A program made the translations under genes and the position numbers. A model generated the notes under the pieces. That model saw nothing but the letters and a program-made list of their open reading frames with translations. It was not told where the DNA came from and did not search any database. From positions 3,328,001 to 3,392,000 of the forward strand of contig OZ241917.1 of NCBI GenBank assembly GCA_965203805.1: a DNA stretch of 64,000 bases. The letters are read 5' to 3'. This document shows positions 1 to 10,010 of this stretch, one piece after another. Position 1 is the stretch's first letter; every line of letters starts with the position of its first letter. Origin of the DNA: Candidatus Latescibacterota bacterium (GTDB lineage Bacteria > Latescibacterota > UBA2968 > GCA-2709665).

Positions 1-1250
1 CTGGGGTTGAAGGGGTTCGGATACACGTTGACCGCAAACTCCGTGGGCAACGGCATCCGGGCGCCCAACAGCACCTCGATCACGTTCGACTGCGCGATCG
101 AGCCGTCCAGGTCCACCTGCTCGAGCCGGTAGTACACCTTGTCCACGCCCGGCAGGTCCTTGTCTTCAAAGCTGTAATTCATCAGGGCGTCCGACGTCCC
201 CGCGCCCTGCACGAAGTTGCCGACCGCCTCGAAGTTCTCGCCGTCGACGCTGCGCATGATCCGCCAGCCCGCGTTGTTCGTCTGCGAAACCGTAGACCAG
301 TTCAGTACCACGCGGTCCGTCTGCAGCGCGCCGTCGAAGGAGGCCAGCTCGGCCGGGTTCAACTGTGTGAACGTAAACGTGGCCGGCGTCGTTTCCTCAC
401 CGTTTACGGTGGCCTTCACGGTCACCTGCAGGCTCCCGCCGGTCACCTTCAGGACGATCTTGTCCGCCGAGACCATCCCCCCATCATCGAGCTCCAGCAT
501 CATCCCGTCCACGTCCAGGACGCTCAGGGACCCGTCGCCCGTCGTGCTCACCGTCCAGCTGATCGACGGGTCATCCGGCAGGTTATCCAGGCTGACGGTG
601 ACGGATGCGCTGCCGCCCATGGCGGGAATCTGAATCATATTCCCAGACATCAGACCTTCGCCCATGCCCATGATGGTCGGGCCCGTGGGCGCTGCAACCG
701 TCACGATCGCCTCCGACACGTTCAGGCTGTCCTGCTCGAAGCCTGCTGTGCCGATGACCGCGTGCTTGACCTTGAAGGATCCGCCCTCCGCAATATCGGC
801 TTTCGCCATGATCTTCACGGTCGCGAAGTAGCCATTGTCGCCAATTGTGACAGGCGATAGTCCGCCGAGCGTAAACTCGTCGTCCCGCATGCCGCCCGCG
901 CCGAGCACGTTAACGATGCCGTCGACAGCCACGATCTGCCACGAGGTGCCGAACATCATTTCATCCGCGGCGGGATCGACGAATTTGACGTTGCCTCCAA
1001 TGATACCTTCGCCGGCGCTGTCTTCAATAAACAGCTCGACCTTGATCGTATCGCCGGCCATGGTCATCGAAGGCGCGATGGTATTCACGCCCTCGTTCAC
1101 CTTGTTGGCGTTGTCGTCAACCATGTTGAAGACGGTATCGACCAGCAGCTTCTTACCCTTCAGGGCGCCCGCATCGACGCCACCGACGATGACGGTCACA
1201 AGAAAAACGGCGACCGTCAGGAAGCCCAAAATCGGTTTAACTCTATACAT
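1..1250 (-). CDS. Secreted protein with FlgD-Ig/T9SS type-A-like C-terminal domain (3' end runs off the window)
   Basis: Missing from the ORF track because it has no stop in the window. ATG at 1250 follows AGGAGAGG. Translates MYRVKPILGFLTVAVFLVTVIVGGVDA (signal peptide)...NPAELASFDG...VVLNWSTVSQTNNAGWRIMRS...YYRLEQVDLDG...LPTEFAVNVYPNPFNP. Confidence 0.9.
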   Translation of the reverse strand, partial: MYRVKPILGFLTVAVFLVTVIVGGVDAGALKGKKLLVDTVFNMVDDNANKVNEGVNTIAPSMTMAGDTIKVELFIEDSAGEGIIGGNVKFVDPAADEMMFGTSWQIVAVDGIVNVLGAGGMRDDEFTLGGLSPVTIGDNGYFATVKIMAKADIAEGGSFKVKHAVIGTAGFEQDSLNVSEAIVTVAAPTGPTIMGMGEGLMSGNMIQIPAMGGSASVTVSLDNLPDDPSISWTVSTTGDGSLSVLDVDGMMLELDDGGMVSADKIVLKVTGGSLQVTVKATVNGEETTPATFTFTQLNPAELASFDGALQTDRVVLNWSTVSQTNNAGWRIMRSVDGENFEAVGNFVQGAGTSDALMNYSFEDKDLPGVDKVYYRLEQVDLDGSIAQSNVIEVLLGARMPLPTEFAVNVYPNPFNP

Positions 1251-1320
1251 CTCGCCTCTCCTTCTCGGTGTGTGGTGTGTTTCGCTCCAGAATTCCATGC
1301 TCGCTCCAGTAACGAAAACT

Positions 1321-1360
1321 GAAGTATGGGAGGCTCCCGGAGGAACCTCCCATACGCTTC
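1321..1360 (-). terminator. Stem-loop downstream of the large surface-protein gene (terminator or stabiliser)
   Basis: GTATGGGAGG...CCTCCCATAC inverted repeat just after the stop at 1366; only a short T run follows on the minus strand. Confidence 0.5.
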
Positions 1361-1365
1361 CTGCA

Positions 1366-4300
1366 TTACTTGAGCAACATCAACCGCTTGGCATCCTGGA
1401 ACTTACCGGCAACCGAGACCTGGTAGAAGTAAATTCCACTCGAGACCGATACGCCGCGGTCGTCCATTCCGCTCCACTGCACCGTATACCGTCCGGGGGC
1501 CTGGCGCTCGCGCACCAGCGTCCGAACCTCCTGGCCCAGCAGGTTGTAGATGCGAAGCACCACGTCCCCGCCTTCAGCCAGGTCGTACGGAATGTTGGTC
1601 TGCGGGTTGAACGGGTTCGGGAAGTTCTGATGCAGCGCGAACTCGGTGGGCGTGCTCTGCACGTCCAGCGCGCCCAGCGTCACCACCGGGTTCTGCAACT
1701 GATCGGCGTCGAAGACCACGCCCTGCGCGATCTCGAAGCGGGCGCTGTCGTCGAACTCCCTCAGAACCTTGAACGTGAAGGTCACCAGGGCGCCCTCGCC
1801 GCTCACCGTACCCGACTCTGTAATGACGTTCACCACCGAGATCCGGCCCTCTTCCGTCCAGTTCTTGAACAGCGGCGTCTCGCCGCCTTCGGACTTCAGC
1901 AGATCGTTCTCGGCGGGCGCGACGCTGACGAATTCGAACTTGTCGGCGTCATACGCCAGCTCCAGACCGTAGCCGTTCAACTGCCTGGCGTTGGCCATGG
2001 AGACCGTCAACGTCACCGTCTCGCCGACCAGCACCTTGTCGCCGGTCAGTTCGAGCGTCATCTCCGTATCGGCGTTCACGCCCGGACGCTGCGGAACCAC
2101 CGCCAGCTTGCCGGCAGGCACCACCGCCGTCTTACCGAACGTCGCTGCCGCCGTTACGAAGTCGGAAAAGTCCACGCTGCCGTCGTCATCGACGTCGGCC
2201 TGCGGATTGTAGTTGGCATCGCCCTTCTTGCTGTTGAAGGCTGCCGCGAAGGCGACGAAGTCTTCGAAGTCCACCTCAAGACTTCCGCCCTTCGACGGAA
2301 GCACCATAAGGTAAACGGGTTCGCCATCGGCGTCCACGAAGGACACACGGACCGAGATGTCCGAGACCGTGATCAGGTCGCTCATCGCCACGTTGTTGTC
2401 GTCGAACGCGTCGATCCGATAGACCAGCGAGGTCACGCCGTCAGGCAGGTTGTCGTCGGAGAAACGGGTGGAGCCCGCGGGGATGGAGGCGACTTCCTCC
2501 AGTGCGTCGGCAGACGCGCCTCTCATCACCTTGTAGCCGTTCACACCCATGATTGGAATGTTATACTTCCCGTCCCCGTTCGGATTAGGACGATAGGGAA
2601 TGTAGTCTACCACGCCCTCGCTGGCCGAGGCCGTCCAGGTCAGCACCACACCGCCGGCGCCGGTGCCGGATGCGTCGGTAACCGCGGCCGGAGCGATGTC
2701 GTCAACTGCCGCAACCGGCTCCTCCGTCACCGTGCGCGCCGACGACAGGATATCGCCCGCGTGTTTCGTCCGGATGTTGGACGGAAGCGCCGCGCTGCCG
2801 ATCAGTGCGCTCAGGTCCGGATTCACCGGCGCGAAGACCACACCCTTCTGATCGCCGATGAGGGACTTGACGTAGTCTTCAGGCGCGTTGAACTGATTGC
2901 TCAGCTCCTCGTCCGTCAGAAGCTCCGCCTCGGGCATACCCAGCAACTGCAGCGTCTGCTGGATGCTCTCCTTCGTGTACACGCGCTTGCTGGCCACGGA
3001 TGTGGTCGGATCGGATTCGCCGCCGTCGCTGATTGACGTCACGCCCCAGTTGGTGCGGACGTTGTCGATCGCGGGAACGATCACGGTCTGCATGCCGCCT
3101 TCCGCGTCGCCCATGTTGTCACCCGCGTCCGCCGCGAAGCTGACGCTCGTCCACGGCACCCACTTCTTCACGGGCTCTTCGAGCTCAACCACGTTGCCTT
3201 CTTCATCCACACCCGTGGTCGAGTCGATTTCCCGGGAAATCTGGTAGGCCGACACGGCTTCGTGCTGCGACGAATTCGGGAAACTGACGACCACGACACC
3301 GCCCTGGTCGCCCTCTCCGTCCGCGCCCTTGTAGTCCTGCACCACCACGTTCGCTACCGCGGCAGGCGCGCCCGGATCCGGACCGTCGCCGTCCTCGGAT
3401 ACAATGGTGACGGTCACGCTGCCCGTGAGGGCGCCGGTCTTATCCTTTACAGGTGTATCTGCCTGCAAAGCACCGGTTACGTAGGTATCAACAACCGTCC
3501 TGACACTGATTGTCGCCTTGCCGCCGACGTCGGCAGCCACCGCGCCGTACGTGGACCCTTCAAGGCTGGTCACCATCTGCTGGCCGTCGGGCACCTGCAC
3601 CGCGGCGTTGCTGGACGCAAAGGTGAAGGCAACCGACGCGAAATCCTTCGAACCCGTATTGTTGTCAATCCTCAAACTGGGGTTGCCGAACGCGTCAGTC
3701 GGCACCACTTTTACCGTAAAGGAGCCAGCCACGTTGTCGGTTGATATCTCACCCTCGTAGCCCGTGAGGGTAAACTTCGAGAACTCAGCGATCTGGACGT
3801 TGATCGGCTTGGCAGCCTGCCCGCTGATACGCAACGTGTACGCGCCGGTGGCCGGATCGATAGTGCCCTCGGCCGCGTACAGGACCACGCCCGTGAGCGG
3901 CTTCGTGGACTTGAACTTAACTTCCCGCGTACCCGCGTGCCATCCGTCGCCGTCCAGGATGGCGGCCTTCGCCACCATGCCCGCGGCGGCGAGGTCGGCG
4001 GGAAGCGTGAACGCGGGCGCCGCGCTTACGCCGGTGCCGCTGAAGCTCGCGCCTTCAAGCGCGTCGGCCTGGTCGCCGGAAACGATTGCGGCCAGCGCCG
4101 ACGGCGTATGATACGTGACCGCCCGAACGTCGGAGGCGTCGCTATCCCGTTCCTTTTCGATACGCGTCAGCGTTGTGTCGAGCACGGACACCGCTATTTT
4201 GTAGTCCACGCCGGCAACCTGCTTCTCTTTCAAGGCCGCATCCGGGACAATCTTGAACATATCGGCGTCCGGATTTTCAAAGACCTTTTTGAACGTGAGC

Positions 4301-6354
4301 AGACCGCCCTCCGTCACGCTGGCGTTACCCGCCAGGTCGATCGCCAGGATCTCCAGATTGTACCTCTGGCGATCAATAAGGGTATCGTTCACCGGCCAGG
4401 AGATCAGACTGCTCACCATCTCCAGCCTGGCGTTGCCTGGGCCATAGGGCTGCACGATGGCCGTTCCGCCGCCCTGCTCATGATAACGTATGGACAGCGA
4501 GTCCAAGTCTTCGTTGATATTGAAGACCGGGTTCTTGGTGGCCGGGACGATGGTGGGCGCGTCCTCGTTGTCCGCGTCTTTGGGCGCGGTCTCGTTCGTC
4601 GGGAACAGATTGGTGATCCCCGGGGTATTGCCGTCCAGCGTGATGCCAGTAAGCTCCTTATACTCGGTCTTGTTGCCCAGGCTGTCCCAGACCGTGATGA
4701 TGATGTCCCCTGCCGTTCCGCCCTTGGCTACGTACTTGTTTTTCGCGATACCCGCCACGACGTCGTTCTCTTCAGTGAACCACATGGGCTGATCAGAGGG
4801 CTGATCATCGGCATCGTCATCCAATCCTGCTTCTATATTGAGGAAGTCCACCTTGGCCTCTTTATCGCTGCCGGTGGGGTCGAGTGAGAAGTCTGTTTCA
4901 GTGGTGGCATCGGTGGCAGGATCATCGCCCAAGTAGTCGTCCAGCGTGAGCGTACTGTCGGCGTGCTTGATCGTGATCTTGCTCGTCCCCTCGCTGAGTT
5001 TGAACACGAGCGGATTCAATTTGCGGTTGCTTGTACCCCCCGGCACCTCACCCGTCAACGGCGTATAATTGGAAAGCTCCTGCGTGACTGCCGCCGTGAT
5101 CACAGGATCGTGCGATCCCGCCGCGATACTGTCGGGATTGGGATAAACTACCGTCACCTTGGGATTGGTCGCGTCGCCGATAATCGGGATGTTTGTCGCT
5201 TCGGCTGGGTCCGCTGTCCCGTCGGCTGGGGTGCTCAGGTCAGAGGTGACGTCCGCTACGAGTTTGTCGGCAGTGCCGTGAAGTCCTTTCCAATTGGCAG
5301 CCGCGGGCGCCGCAGCCGTACCGCCCACGTTACCGGCAACGTCCACGAGATAGGCAAAGAGTTCGAGCCGCTCGTTATCCTTGAACTGCCCCGCTTTGAT
5401 TTTCTCATCGACGCTCGGATTCGGGCTGTACAATCTGTCCCCGCGCAGCTCGATTTTTAACCGCGCATCTTCCTTGAAAGCGAGGGCGTTCGCCTCTTCC
5501 AAGGTCAAACCGAGGCCAGGGGGGTCAGCGTCTGCGGCAATCTGATAACGCGCAATCGAGTCGGCGGGCACCAGACCGATTTCGATCCCTTCCGCCCTGG
5601 CATCAAGAATTGCGTCGGTATCCAGATTCAGCACCGCTTTGAATACATGGTCGGTGACAATATGGATCGCCTGGACGTAGGGGCCGGCTGTGATAGCGGC
5701 ATCCGACGTATCGGTCATTACCTCGTCCAACCTGCCCAGGTCCAGAGCGATACTCTCAAATACCGTGCCATGAATCGGGCGTTCGGCGTCGAGGCCGAAG
5801 AGCACCCCGTCACCCACGCGGCTGGCGCCGAAGCCGGCTGTGGCGGGCGTGATCTTCCGGTTCCTCATCAGGTTGTTCAGAGGATCCGGATTCGGTGAGC
5901 CGCCCGGATCCACCACGATCTTCAACGCGTGGTTGCTGCTGCTCTCCATATTTTCCGCAGGTGCGGTGTTGGCGACGACCGCGATCTTGACATTGAAGGT
6001 GTCAACGCCTGAAGTCTCGCCGTCACCCTTTGTTATCTGGGTGGCGCTACCGGTTCCATCGTCATCAATATTGTAATAAACCTTATCCGCAAGGGTGCTA
6101 GCGGCTCCGATGTCGCCGTCAGCAACGCTGGAATCGGCCACGGCAAACCGGAAACCTTCGTCGAGCCGGCCGTCGTAGCACAGGATCCGCACTCTGATTG
6201 TATCGCCGATCGCGGCCCATTTGTTGGCTTTAGGCTCGTCGACGCGAATCAAGATACCCCGCGTGGCGGCGACTTCCTGGGCCGAGGCCACGCCAACCAC
6301 TCCGAAAACCAGCAGAAACGCCAAACCAATACTTGAAACCGTCTTTAACTGCAT
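1366..6354 (-). CDS. Large acidic secreted/surface protein (1662 aa): Ig/FN3-like body, dockerin/EF-hand-like pair, cohesin-like domain, FlgD-Ig/T9SS-like tail
   Basis: Start moved to ATG 6354 (AAGGAGG SD; signal peptide MQLKTVSSIGLAFLLVFGVVGVASA). Motifs: DFEDFVAFAAAF...ADVDDDGSVDFSDF; VGETVTLTVSMANARQLNGYGLELAYDADKFEFVSV; PTEFALHQNFPNPFNPQTNIPYDL...IYNLLGQEVRTLV...SGIYFYQV. Confidence 0.88.
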   Translation of the reverse strand: MQLKTVSSIGLAFLLVFGVVGVASAQEVAATRGILIRVDEPKANKWAAIGDTIRVRILCYDGRLDEGFRFAVADSSVADGDIGAASTLADKVYYNIDDDGTGSATQITKGDGETSGVDTFNVKIAVVANTAPAENMESSSNHALKIVVDPGGSPNPDPLNNLMRNRKITPATAGFGASRVGDGVLFGLDAERPIHGTVFESIALDLGRLDEVMTDTSDAAITAGPYVQAIHIVTDHVFKAVLNLDTDAILDARAEGIEIGLVPADSIARYQIAADADPPGLGLTLEEANALAFKEDARLKIELRGDRLYSPNPSVDEKIKAGQFKDNERLELFAYLVDVAGNVGGTAAAPAAANWKGLHGTADKLVADVTSDLSTPADGTADPAEATNIPIIGDATNPKVTVVYPNPDSIAAGSHDPVITAAVTQELSNYTPLTGEVPGGTSNRKLNPLVFKLSEGTSKITIKHADSTLTLDDYLGDDPATDATTETDFSLDPTGSDKEAKVDFLNIEAGLDDDADDQPSDQPMWFTEENDVVAGIAKNKYVAKGGTAGDIIITVWDSLGNKTEYKELTGITLDGNTPGITNLFPTNETAPKDADNEDAPTIVPATKNPVFNINEDLDSLSIRYHEQGGGTAIVQPYGPGNARLEMVSSLISWPVNDTLIDRQRYNLEILAIDLAGNASVTEGGLLTFKKVFENPDADMFKIVPDAALKEKQVAGVDYKIAVSVLDTTLTRIEKERDSDASDVRAVTYHTPSALAAIVSGDQADALEGASFSGTGVSAAPAFTLPADLAAAGMVAKAAILDGDGWHAGTREVKFKSTKPLTGVVLYAAEGTIDPATGAYTLRISGQAAKPINVQIAEFSKFTLTGYEGEISTDNVAGSFTVKVVPTDAFGNPSLRIDNNTGSKDFASVAFTFASSNAAVQVPDGQQMVTSLEGSTYGAVAADVGGKATISVRTVVDTYVTGALQADTPVKDKTGALTGSVTVTIVSEDGDGPDPGAPAAVANVVVQDYKGADGEGDQGGVVVVSFPNSSQHEAVSAYQISREIDSTTGVDEEGNVVELEEPVKKWVPWTSVSFAADAGDNMGDAEGGMQTVIVPAIDNVRTNWGVTSISDGGESDPTTSVASKRVYTKESIQQTLQLLGMPEAELLTDEELSNQFNAPEDYVKSLIGDQKGVVFAPVNPDLSALIGSAALPSNIRTKHAGDILSSARTVTEEPVAAVDDIAPAAVTDASGTGAGGVVLTWTASASEGVVDYIPYRPNPNGDGKYNIPIMGVNGYKVMRGASADALEEVASIPAGSTRFSDDNLPDGVTSLVYRIDAFDDNNVAMSDLITVSDISVRVSFVDADGEPVYLMVLPSKGGSLEVDFEDFVAFAAAFNSKKGDANYNPQADVDDDGSVDFSDFVTAAATFGKTAVVPAGKLAVVPQRPGVNADTEMTLELTGDKVLVGETVTLTVSMANARQLNGYGLELAYDADKFEFVSVAPAENDLLKSEGGETPLFKNWTEEGRISVVNVITESGTVSGEGALVTFTFKVLREFDDSARFEIAQGVVFDADQLQNPVVTLGALDVQSTPTEFALHQNFPNPFNPQTNIPYDLAEGGDVVLRIYNLLGQEVRTLVRERQAPGRYTVQWSGMDDRGVSVSSGIYFYQVSVAGKFQDAKRLMLLK

Positions 6355-6781
6355 TACCAACCTCCTTGTGAAACAGGACGCTTCGTAAAACCTGCGGTAA
6401 ACCTCCCTTGCTGCGCCTTGAAGCCACTTCTTGAACCCCGGCAGAACCCCCGGCGGGGGGTGCCGGTAATCGGAAGTGATGTGAAATTTAGCTGAAATGG
6501 CGTTCCTCCCTTCGTTTGGAAAATTCATAAAGTTCCTGGCCTGCAAACACTTGGTGCGACTATCGACATTGGTTGAACCCTTGTAAGCGCTCGATTCTGT
6601 TACACCTCCTTTTAAATGCACAAAAGCCACCCCCTCGTCTCCGGTCTTCAAGAGATAGCATGATTGATTCATCATAGTGTGTTGAGGTTCCAACAACCCG
6701 GTTCCGATAGTCGATGAAAACAGCCATGAATTCGGCCGATTTCGCTGTTCAGCCGCACGTTATGCGGCAAACAGGTTCCTA

Positions 6782-6810
6782 AGTATACGCAACACTAAAC
6801 AGGCTGTCAA
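6782..6810 (-). promoter_or_regulatory. Near-consensus sigma-70 promoter for the surface-protein gene
   Basis: Minus strand reads TTGACA-17 nt-TATACT with an A-tract upstream. Confidence 0.75.
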
Positions 6811-6947
6811 GTGTTTTTTGTACTTTATTCTTCACGTGAAATCCGGTATGCCGAATGGCCCCAAACCCCTGTAAATTACGGCGCTTTCGCGCCCCGCGCA
6901 ACCCCAACATATAGGGCCCCGTCTATTGGTTGCCACAATACGCCGTG

Positions 6948-7517
6948 TCAGCGCATCTGATGTTCGAGCCGCTGGATTTCATCGCGCAGGCTGGCCGCCT
7001 CTTCGTACTGTTCCCGGGCCACGGCTTCCTTCAATTCGGCCCTGAGGGCGGTCAGCCGATCGGAGATCCCGCCTTCGACCTGCTCGAATTCCACGTCCAG
7101 CGAGGCGCTGATGGGCATCCCGGCCTCCTGGATGACTCTGTCTTCGACGTAGACCGGGGCGCCCGTGCGGAGGGCCAGGGCGAGGGCGTCGCTGGGCCGG
7201 GAGTCCACGCCGATGGATTTGCCGTCGGCATCCAGGCTGACTTCGGCGAAGAAGACGTCTTCCTCGATCGCGTTGATGAGCACCCGCTTGACCTTGACGC
7301 CCATTCCATCCAGAATGGAACGGAGCAGCTCGCAGGTGGGCGGCCGGGGGGGATCTTCGTCGTACAGCGCCATGTAGATGGCCGTGGCTTCGAAGTTCCC
7401 GATGGAGATGGGCAGGAAGATCCGCTGCTCCCTGTCTTTCAGCCACACGAGCGGCCGGTTGGTGTTGGGTTCCACCGCCACGCCGACCACGTTCATTTCT
7501 ACCATAGGGGTGTACAT
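6948..7517 (-). CDS. Bifunctional nuclease (DUF151) with C-terminal UvrB/UvrC motif
   Basis: LPISIGNFEATAI, PPRPPTCELL, VDSRPSDALALALRTGAPVYV, LKEAVAREQYEEAASLRDEI. Start is 7517 or 7505. Confidence 0.9.
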   Translation of the reverse strand: MYTPMVEMNVVGVAVEPNTNRPLVWLKDREQRIFLPISIGNFEATAIYMALYDEDPPRPPTCELLRSILDGMGVKVKRVLINAIEEDVFFAEVSLDADGKSIGVDSRPSDALALALRTGAPVYVEDRVIQEAGMPISASLDVEFEQVEGGISDRLTALRAELKEAVAREQYEEAASLRDEIQRLEHQMR

Positions 7518-7639
7518 CCTTCCCGGCGCGGGTAGGGGAGGATGATTTGCGCCGCTGGGGGAGGGCGTTTTTGGCGAATACACTTACTAAACAAGAATAT
7601 AGGGCGAAGGTCACGGAAAAATCAAGGGAAAAAAGGCGG

Positions 7640-9990
7640 GTAGCGAACCACCCCCAGCCCCGCAGACCTCTCCCCCCAACCCCCTCTCCCGGGGGGAGAG
7701 GGGGAGGAAAGACAGGCATCGCGTGCCGGTCATCTATAGATACTCTGATAGACGGGAATTCGCCAGCCGGCACACTTGCATGCCCAGGACATCGACCCAT
7801 CACCGTTCCCCCTTCCTCACAGGAAGGGGGATAGGGGGTAGGTCTGAGGAGGGGGGAAAAGCAGCAGTCAGCAAGCAGCGATCAGCGGTCAGCGGTCAGC
7901 GGTCAGCCTAAAGCAAGATCAAAAACAAGAGTCAAAGTCAGTTCACACGGAGACACAAAGGCACGAAGAAAAACAAAGCGGCCAGGACGAACCACCCCCC
8001 AGCCCCGCAGACCTCTCCCCCCGGCCTGCCTGCGCCGAGTTCTGCTCGGCAGGCAGGCCCCCTCTCCCGGGGGGAGAGGGGGAGACAACCAGGACTCCCT
8101 GATAGGATCACCGTTCCCCCCTTCCCCCCGGGAAGGGGGATAGGGGGTAGGTTGGTGGGGAGGAGAGGGGGGACCGGCGGTACCCGCTATCGCTTTTCGA
8201 TATGTGCTCTGATTGATTCAAGCACGCCGTCGAGATTCGTGTGGACTTGGTCATTTGTAATACGCAATACATCTAATCCTCGCGCGTTTAGGATCTCATC
8301 CCGTTTTGCGTCATACGCAGCCTGATCCTGGTGAATCTCGCCGTCGACTTCAATTACCAGGCCGACGGAATGACAATAGAAATCGACAACGAAGCCGTCG
8401 ATGATCTGCTGCCGACGAAAGTGAAGGCCATCGAGCCGATTCGCACGCAAGTGTTGCCATAGCTGTTTTTCTTCTTCTGTCATTTGTGAGCGCAGCGACT
8501 GTGCCAACTTGACCTTCTCATTGTCAACACGTTGACCCCTTACGATATATCGCCTGGATCTATTCATCAACCCCTCCGCCCAACGCAGACCTCTCCCCCC
8601 GGCCCACAACCAGCAGTCAGCCAGAAACAGAAGCAAAATCAAAAACAAGAGTCAAAGTCAGCTCACACAAAGGCACAAAGACACGAAGAAAAACAAACCA
8701 GCCAGGAGCGAACCACCCCCAGCCCCGCAGACCTCTCCCCCCGGCCTGCCTGCGCCGAGTTCTGCTCGGCAGGCAGGCCCCCTCTCCCGGGGGGAGAGGG
8801 GGAGACAACCAGGACTCCCTGATAGGATCACCGTTCCCCCCTTCCCCCCGGGAAGGGGGATAGGGGGTAGGTCTGAGGAGGGGGGAAAAGCAGCAGTCAG
8901 CAAGCAGCTTTCAGCAGTCAGCAATCAACCTAAAGCAAAATCAAAAACAAGATTCAAAGTCAGCTCACACAAAGACATTAAGAAAAACAAAGCAGCCAGG
9001 TGCGAACCACCCCCCAGCCCCGCAGACCTCTCCCCCCGGCCTGCCTGCGCCGAGTTCTGCTCGGCAGGCAGGCCCCCTCTCCCGGGGGGAGAGGGGGAGA
9101 CAACCAGGCATCGCGTGCCGGTCATCTATAGATACTCTGATAGACAGGAATTCGCCACCCGGCACACTTGCATGCCCGGTCCATCGACCCATCGCCGTTC
9201 CCCCTTCCTCACAGGAAGGGGGATAGGGGGTAGGTCTGAGGAGGGGGTGTGGGGGTGAAAACCAGGCATCACGTGCCGGTCATCTATAGATACTCTGATA
9301 GACAGGAATTCGCCAGCCGGCACACTTGCATGCCCACGACATCGACCCATCGCCGTTCCCCCTTCCTCACAGGAAGGGGGTTAGGGGGTAGGTCGGCGGG
9401 GGGAGACGCAAGACGTGAGACGGGAGATGATCACTCGCGTCAACGGGGCGACGATAAGGCCTGGCGACATGACCTCGCGGATGCGCAGACCTCTCCCCCC
9501 TGCCTGCCGAAAAACCACCGCCAGGCAGGGACCCTCTCCTGTGAGGAGAGGGTAACGAACGCCACGCGATAGGATCCGGGGGTCCCCCTTCCGTCGGGAA
9601 GGGGGTAGGCAGTAGGTTGGCGGTGGTGTGGGAGATTGCAAGCGTTGCATCGCGCAAGAAGTTCATCGCAGGTAACTTCGCGAGGTTCTATCGAACGCAC
9701 GGAGGATGGGGTGGGGCTTTTCCGCGCGAGTCCGTCCAGCAACGTCGTCCGGGAATGCCTGCGAGGGTTTCAGGGCAACGTCTCCCGGTGTGTCTCCACG
9801 GAAGCGGTTCGCGGAAAAGCAGCCCCGCGGCGTTTGAGCGGCCTGCCTGCGCCGAAGCCTGCTCGGCAGGCAGGCACGCTTCTTTTTGGTCCTTTTTCTT
9901 ACGTGGATAAGAAAAAGGACGAAGAAGAAAAAAGTAAATTAGAGATGTGAAGTTTGGGACCGCCCGGAACGCAGTTCCAACGGGTGTTTC
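7640..9990 (+). repeat. Modular REP-like cassette 1 (contains DUF559 gene 1)
   Basis: Core GTGCCGGTCATCTATAGATACTCTGA at 7723, 9115, 9273; hairpins CCCCTCTCCCGGGGGGAGAGGGG and CCCCTTCCTCACAGGAAGGGG; CAGCAGT heptamers; ~230-bp direct repeats at 7921 and 8641. Confidence 0.93.
8187..8567 (-). CDS. DUF559 / Vsr-like endonuclease, copy 1 (126 aa)
   Basis: LAQSLRSQMTEEEKQLWQHLR...FRRQQIIDGFVVDFYC...LVIEVDGEIH...YDAKRDEIL...GLDVLRITN. Visibly more AT-rich than host genes. Confidence 0.93.
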   Translation of the reverse strand: MNRSRRYIVRGQRVDNEKVKLAQSLRSQMTEEEKQLWQHLRANRLDGLHFRRQQIIDGFVVDFYCHSVGLVIEVDGEIHQDQAAYDAKRDEILNARGLDVLRITNDQVHTNLDGVLESIRAHIEKR

Positions 9991-10010
9991 CCGCCGGCGG
10001 GCGCACGACC

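Noticed and set aside
835-3036. 733-aa plus-strand ORF and other long antisense ORFs (10134-11984, 26528-28069, 56943-58421)
   Set aside because: GC-rich shadows of well-supported genes on the opposite strand.
6355-6696. 114-codon N-terminal extension of the surface protein
   Set aside because: The SD and signal peptide fit ATG 6354, and the paralog starts at the equivalent position.
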